Shown piece after piece: positions 43,401 to 43,483 of a stretch of DNA of 43,483 nt. The notes beneath the pieces were generated by a model that did not search any database, was not told the DNA's origin, and worked only from the letters and a program-made list of their open reading frames with translations. Positions within the stretch are counted from its first letter, which is position 1. The number at the start of each line of letters is the position of its first letter. Position numbers and translations under genes: made by a program. The DNA comes from a virus (Duplodnaviria; Caudoviricetes): IMG/VR virus record IMGVR_UViG_3300026534_000004, positions 1 through 43,483 of that record. The stretch is one strand, 5' to 3'.

Positions 43401-43414
43401 GGGCGGAGATTATA
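43401..43414 (-). promoter_or_regulatory. Host tRNA promoter -10 and GC-rich discriminator
   Basis: Minus strand TATAAT (43414-43409) then CTCCGCCC immediately before the tRNA 5' fragment. Confidence 0.7.
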
Positions 43415-43483
43415 CTCGCAGAACCTTTACCGAAGCCACATCGGGCCGCGGCTCGCGGTCTGCGGCCACCCGTGCGACGTTCC

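Overview
The window is an apparently complete ~43.3 kb temperate prophage of a high-GC proteobacterium. It is integrated in a tRNA-Arg(CCT) gene and bounded by a 44-bp direct repeat (84-127 / 43357-43400) that unusually corresponds to the 5' half of the tRNA. From left to right it carries: a tyrosine integrase; a convergent operon of three small unknown genes ending in a clear Aca1 homolog behind a strong operator-containing promoter (candidate anti-CRISPR locus); and, directly upstream of that, a complete array-less type IV-B-like CRISPR effector module (csf1/cas8, cas11, csf2/cas7, csf3/cas5, cysH-like) that atypically includes a Cas6e. The early-left operon then continues with an xis-like HTH, a pentapeptide-repeat protein, a two-frame C5 methyltransferase, ssb, tRNA-Thr with an adjacent structured non-coding tract, RecT and YqaJ. 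Next come a lambdoid immunity region with candidate defence cargo, O/P-like replication genes, RusA, an endolysin, terminase, a Mor activator, Mu-like portal and MuF-ADP-ribosyltransferase, a lambda-like capsid, and a siphovirus tail. The most notable feature is the xis-int insertion combining type IV-B, Cas6e, CysH and an acr-aca1 operon, which suggests a phage counter-CRISPR island. All family assignments come from motif recognition by eye; no searches were run.
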